Positions 58,701 to 63,485 of a stretch of DNA of 63,485 nucleotides are shown in pieces. The translations under genes and the position numbers were made by a program. Position 1 is the stretch's first letter; each line of letters begins with the position of its first letter. This stretch comes from Klebsormidium nitens (taxonomy: Eukaryota > Plantae > Klebsormidiophyceae): contig DF237177.1 of the NCBI GenBank assembly GCA_000708835.1, positions 62,001 to 125,485 on the forward strand. Reading direction: 5' to 3'. The notes under the pieces were generated by a model that was not told the origin of the DNA, made no database searches, and was given only the letters and a program-made list of their open reading frames with translations.

Positions 58701-60788
58701 GTCAACTGACGAGAAACCTTACCTCATCGGGTAAGAGAATAGCGCTCTTCAATCCGCGTGCCAACAACTCCTCCGGGGTTGGGCTCGTACCCTCAACATG
58801 ATCGGCCAAATTAAAGCCGGAACACGTGACGCGCCTCAGAAACACTGCGGGGTCGAAAACTGCCGCCTCCATCTGATCCATCACAAGCACAGATCTTATA
58901 AGCTTATGACTCCTCTTCCCACTGGAGAATATGCACCAATCATTGATCTGACCCAACTCAAGCCACCCGTGCAGTCTTCTGACAAGCCAATAGCTCACGA
59001 GCTCAAGAATGATTCTCCAGGGCCAAGATAGACTTGTGAACAGAGTCAGAAGCAGCAACCCCAGTGGTTGTGCATGTTCCATCGCCATCCTGCAAGGCTG
59101 ACCTGCTGGCGGCGGGCATAGATCGACCAGAGCTGCGAGTAGGTTGGCATGGGAAGTGCAACCGGCGACGGAGCTGCTCCTCGGTGCGACATGCCGTTGA
59201 GGGACTGCTGGCATGCCCGGACAATGGGGCCGTGCTCACTTCCCATGAGGATGAGGCCAAGAGGCCCGATGGGAATGTTGCCGAATACCGCATCGTCCAG
59301 GTAAGCCTGTCACAATTTGGAATGACGGGTCTGAATTGAGGAGATCAATCAGCGGGAAGAAAGGCAAGTCAAGCACGTTTTTGGCCAAGAGCCATCACAA
59401 AAGAACCGTACCATATGTGACGTGTCGCATGCCTGATGCAGGATATAAGTACCATATCTGGACACCAATCTAGGACAGTTTTTGAGCTGAGCTTGGAAAC
59501 TACCTTTATGGAAAGGGCCAGTTGCTCCCCCCCCGGGGACCCGGCGCACACGTATTCGTCACAGACGATTGGAATGTCGAGAAATGCCAGGATGGCGATC
59601 AGAGTCTTGATCTGTGAATGGCGCAGGTCCAGGACCGCCTCGTGGTAGAAGATCGCTGCATCACGCCCCCGGCCTTCTGCCTCGGCCTGCAATGAATGTT
59701 GAGTGTCGGTTTTCATGGCACACTTTAAGGCTAAGGTCGATGCCAGAAAGCTGCATGATCGAGTTGATGTGTTGAAGCTTGAAAAACCAGAAGTCACCAC
59801 AGACAATGACAACCACCCGGAGAGGCAACAGACACTCAATTCAACAGACCATTGCAATCACCAGTATCCCTGCTACATTGCCGCAAAGATCTGCGTAGGT
59901 TAGGTCGGCCTCACCAGATCGGCCCGAACGTCAAGGAGAGCGTTAACCACGCCCATGCTCTTGCCCGTGCGCCTTGGCCCAACCAGGGTGACAACGCGGT
60001 ACTTCTGGCGGGCCATCTCGTAGAAGGCTTCCTTGTAGTCGCTGCGGTCCAGGGCATGATAGCCTGCAAATCAGCTCATTAAGAACATGTGAGCGGAAAA
60101 TATGCAGGTTGACCCTACTTTTACAACTGATTTCAGCCTAAGCACTCATGTGGACTGAGTTGACGCCATGGGAATGGATGGGGTAGGTTTGGGTTTAGAT
60201 GTGTTTGGGTGCTCCTTGACTTTAGGGCTTTATTGATAGTCACTTAACCCAGCTGAAATTGGTTGTAGATCTTGCAGACTCGTCTCAGAAATCCACATTT
60301 GAATGACAGGAAGCTTTGGCTGCGAACCACTCTGATTGCATGGCTTGAAACTCTCCTGTCGAACAGGCAACCAGGCTTCGAACTCTTACCAAGGCTCATA
60401 AATGTCCAGATTCGGTTTCAGGACAAGCAACCAATCTCTAACCAGCACACCATCCATCCACGGTTGAGGGCCCAGTCCAGGTATTATTTCTTCAATTGGT
60501 TTGACATACTTAACGTCTTCAATCCAACAGTAAGACTGACGTAACCTCAAGGCCTGGTAAACCGGTTTATTGCTCACCAATGCCCTCGTAATGGAGGACG
60601 ATGTACACGACCCCACCATCCTCCTCCTGAGCATTCTGGACTGGCAAAAGGTTCTTGAGAATCGCCTCCTTGGTTTCGAAGGACACGGGGGCCCTCCTGA
60701 TGAAATCCACCGTTTCGTCGAAGCTGTTGGGCAGAGGCTGTTGGCGCAGCCACTTCACGAAGTCCGCCTTCGGGGGCGTCGTTTCCAT
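55760..60788 (-). CDS. Multi-exon P-loop ATPase (AAA_14/archaeal-ATPase-like) with possible winged helix and PD-(D/E)xK-like C-terminus; best-supported exons 60788-60578, 60063-59915, 59686-59504; further exons at about 59305-59103, 58950-58722, 57917-57779, 57134-57022, 56878-56731, 56548-56441 and 56232-56071
   Basis: The phase-1 splice gives YEGIG-YHALDR...VVTLVGPRRTGKS (Walker A), then IPIVCDEY (Walker B), LILMGS (sensor-like), HVQRLVEHGFI (HTH-like) and CEIDLLL...FSAKR. The 3' exons and stop are uncertain, and there is a gap at 57918-58262. Confidence 0.6.
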
Positions 60789-62473
60789 CGGGCCTGAAGC
60801 AAAGCAAACGACACCTTTTGCCACGTGCATGAATTTGTCGAGGCGGAAGCATCACCAACAGTAGCTAACTCAAAATTCCTGCAACGAAGATTGATATTTT
60901 GCTGCTGTTGATCTGTCTGTACTGAAAGAGCAGCGCAAGAACAAAGCCAGGAGTTGCAAGAGAGTCCAGCAGGCAGGAACACTTTCAGGAATTTGCCAGA
61001 GCGACGTCCCGTTTAAGACTAGCGATGAAAAATGCGGGCAAGCATGTTACTTACGACGTCCTGCAGAGCTGGGGCCTGCAGCTGCTGGACAAGATAAGAT
61101 GCAACTTGTCAGCAGCGAAGAAATTGAGTCTGCCGGTAAGAAGGTCGCGATGGCTTTGATTCTCAGCAGCAACGACCTGCTAGAGCAATGCACTGCCTTT
61201 CTTTGAAAGCTCAGCACCCCTACTGAGGTGACACAGTCTCATGATCATATGCTTACTTACCAAAACAAAAGCACACGATCAAGCACGCATGAACATAACA
61301 TTGCAAAATGCTAATGGACATCAAGATTAATTAGGAAACTGCTGTGACTACCTGAAACTGAAAGACTGACGTATGCACCATACCTAGCATACACTCAGCT
61401 CAGAGAAACTGTTGACTCAACCTCATCCCACCTAACACTCCAAAAGAACCCGGAAGCAGAGGGACAGTCTCCAAACAGGCCCCAACACACTGGAGGGTTG
61501 GTGTCGATCACTACTTGTCCCTTAAACCAGAGAGCTCCAGCACTCTGCCAGATTGCGGCATGCACGAATGCTTTTGCATAGGTTTACTGTCAGATGAATG
61601 TTCTTCTGAAGCATAAAGACCCTCTGACTGGGGTGGTGCAAACCAGGGCGTCTACCCCGACCTAGAAAGCTCCAGCCCTGTGCTCAATTGCAGGCATGCG
61701 CGANNNNNNNNNNNNNNNNNNNNNNNNNNNNNNNNNNNNNNNNNNNNNNNNNNNNNNNNNNNNNNNNNNNNNNNNNNNNNNNNNNNNNNNNNNNNNNNNN
61801 NNNNNNNNNNNNNNNNNNNNNNNNNNNNNNNNNNNNNNNNNNNNNNNNNNNNNNNNNNNNNNNNNNNNNNNNNNNNNNNNNNNNNNNNNNNNNNNNNNNN
61901 NNNNNNNNNNNNNNNNNNNNNNNNNNNNNNNNNNNNNNNNNNNNNNNNNNNNNNNNNNNNNNNNNNNNNNNNNNNNNNNNNNNNNNNNNNNNNNNNNNNN
62001 NNNNNNNNNNNNNNNNNNNNNNNNNNNNNNNNNNNNNNNNNNNNNNNNNNNNNNNNNNNNNNNNNNNNNNNNNNNNNNNNNNNNNNNNNNNNNNNNNNNN
62101 NNNNNNNNNNNNNNNNNNNNNNNNNNNNNNNNNNNNNNNNNNNNNNNNNNNNNNNNNNNNNNNNNNNNNNNNNNNNNNNNNNNNNNNNNNNNNNNNNNNN
62201 NNNNNNNNNNNNNNNNNNNNNNNNNNNNNNNNNNNNNNNNNNNNNNNNNNNNNNNNNNNNNNNNNNNNNNNNNNNNNNNNNNNNNNNNNNNCGACCCCTG
62301 GTACGACCCTCCCGACATTATCACACCTTTAGGCTCTGGGGGTATGACGGGGCGCGCTGTGATTCGCCCAAATTTAACACCGAACTTCATTTGGCTTGCT
62401 GCGGGTCAATGGCTGCGGACCGCACGACCCTCGCACCGGGGGGGACACGTGGCTCCAATCGGGCGGCTAAAAT

Positions 62474-62521
62474 TAAGGCCGAAGTCCGCTTGGTTTGCTT
62501 ACCAAGCGGACTTCGGCCTTA
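62474..62521. repeat. Perfect hairpin: 21-bp stem, 6-nt loop
   Basis: TAAGGCCGAAGTCCGCTTGGT (62474-62494), loop TTGCTT, ACCAAGCGGACTTCGGCCTTA (62501-62521). Confidence 0.95.
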
Positions 62522-62893
62522 TTGAACAGCCAGGATGCGTCCTACCGATCCCTAAGTTCGCGCGATCGATCGGACGGCCGTGAAAATTCGAAATTTAGCA
62601 TAGCGTCAGGTGCCGGTAAACAATACCGGAGAGGATTTTGCCAGCTGGCCCCCCGCTGCGAACTCGGCGGACCGCCGGGGCGGTTCGAAGCGGTTACTAT
62701 CGAATCTCGAGCCTTCCGGCGGGCCGCCGTCCCGGGCAGCAGTCCAGTCTAGACGCGAGACATACTTAGGGAGAGAGAGAGGCCGGAAGGATGAGCAAAG
62801 ATGGTCGGATATAGGCAGTGTCAGTCGAGCTCCCAGTTGGTTCACGAGGGGCAGCCTTCGTGCATGCGGATGCATGCTGGGGGGGTTTCGACC

Positions 62894-63427
62894 ATGGCAG
62901 CCCCTACTGAGCAGTACCAGGCTTCGGATCTAGCTCACATTGGACACGGTTTGTACTATATAGGCGAGGACAGCGTCCGACCTTCCGAGATAAGCCGGAT
63001 TTCGGGCAGGTGCATCACCTGCAGGCAACAGATTTGGAAGGGCACAGGCAGTATAGACGGGGTGTTGAGGCTGAGCTTCCGCAAGAGTGCAATGAAGGGC
63101 TACCTAGTGAGCTGCGGTGTGCCCAAAAACAAACAGAGGAAGCAGATCATTTGCCTCGCGTGCGTGGGCAAGCTGATGGGGGAGCTGAGGGTCGGCGCTG
63201 ATGCAAGCAGCTTGAGTTTGTGCGAGCGCGGGCATGACCAGCAGGATGGGGTGCTGTTCGAGAGGCTGCCCTCAGGCAGCTGGAAGCAGCAGCTGGCATT
63301 GACGGACGAGTTGCTGGAGGGGGCTGTGGCTGCGAACGAGAGCTCCGTCTCAAGAAAGAAGCCCAGAAAAGCTGCAGCAAATACGCTGAGGGGATTGCAA
63401 GCTGGAAAAAGACCGCGTGCAGAGCCG
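62894..63427 (+). mobile_element. First exon of a paralogue of the 24174 KDZ-element protein (continues beyond the window)
   Basis: ACCATGG start and a 178-codon open frame to a GTGAG donor at 63428. RCITCRQQIW...LRLSFRKS..MKGYLVSCGVPKNKQRKQI aligns with KCFTCAHRIW...MTLAWRKS...LMGYLVSADVPRAKQCKQV at 24290-24450. Absent from the ORF track because no stop occurs before the window end. Confidence 0.7.
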
Positions 63428-63485
63428 GTGAGTGCGCATGCCGTGCTTATTTTCTTCTTAGGTTCTATGTGCAAAACGACCAGAT

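Noticed and set aside
59915-60063. A32/FtsK-type packaging ATPase of a Polinton-like virus
   Set aside because: The gene is intron-rich, with Walker B CDE and LILMGS more like AAA_14-type ATPases, and it lies more than 20 kb from the YR with no capsid gene nearby.
60386-60556. Extra exon of the ATPase gene (QALRLRQSYCWIEDV...)
   Set aside because: The preceding intron would be about 20 nt and the phase is incompatible with the Walker A exon; direct splicing 60578/60063 works.

Overview
Eukaryotic, intron-rich nuclear DNA (GT-AG introns, plant-type enzymes with plastid transit-peptide-like N-termini). I infer a streptophyte green alga, Klebsormidium-like, but cannot confirm this. The assembly is draft quality, with many N gaps and duplicated sequence beside them. 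The window has two halves. (1) 1-23.3 kb, host genes reconstructed exon by exon: an 8-exon GNAT acetyltransferase resembling a bacterial family (+); a 7-exon GH13 alpha-amylase (-); a secreted 8-Cys (nsLTP-like), Pro-rich protein with a GPI-like tail (+); an FHA-domain protein (-); and a sucrose-phosphate phosphatase lacking the plant C-terminal domain (+). (2) About 23.7 kb to the end, a mobile/virus-like island. It holds a degraded intron-containing KDZ (Zisupton-type) transposase; an intronless Prim-Pol/D5 primase-helicase in several diverged partial copies; an intronless tyrosine recombinase; and a complex non-coding block (G-rich 14-mer array, TGACGTCA inverted repeats, inverted hairpin-satellite arrays around a HIRAN ORF). 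Further right are a spliced AEP primase/UL9-like helicase fusion, a spliced prokaryote-type ATPase with a possible nuclease domain, and the 5' end of a second KDZ-like element. I recognised no capsid, packaging ATPase, polB, rRNA, tRNA or CRISPR array. All family assignments come from motif recognition by eye, with no database search.
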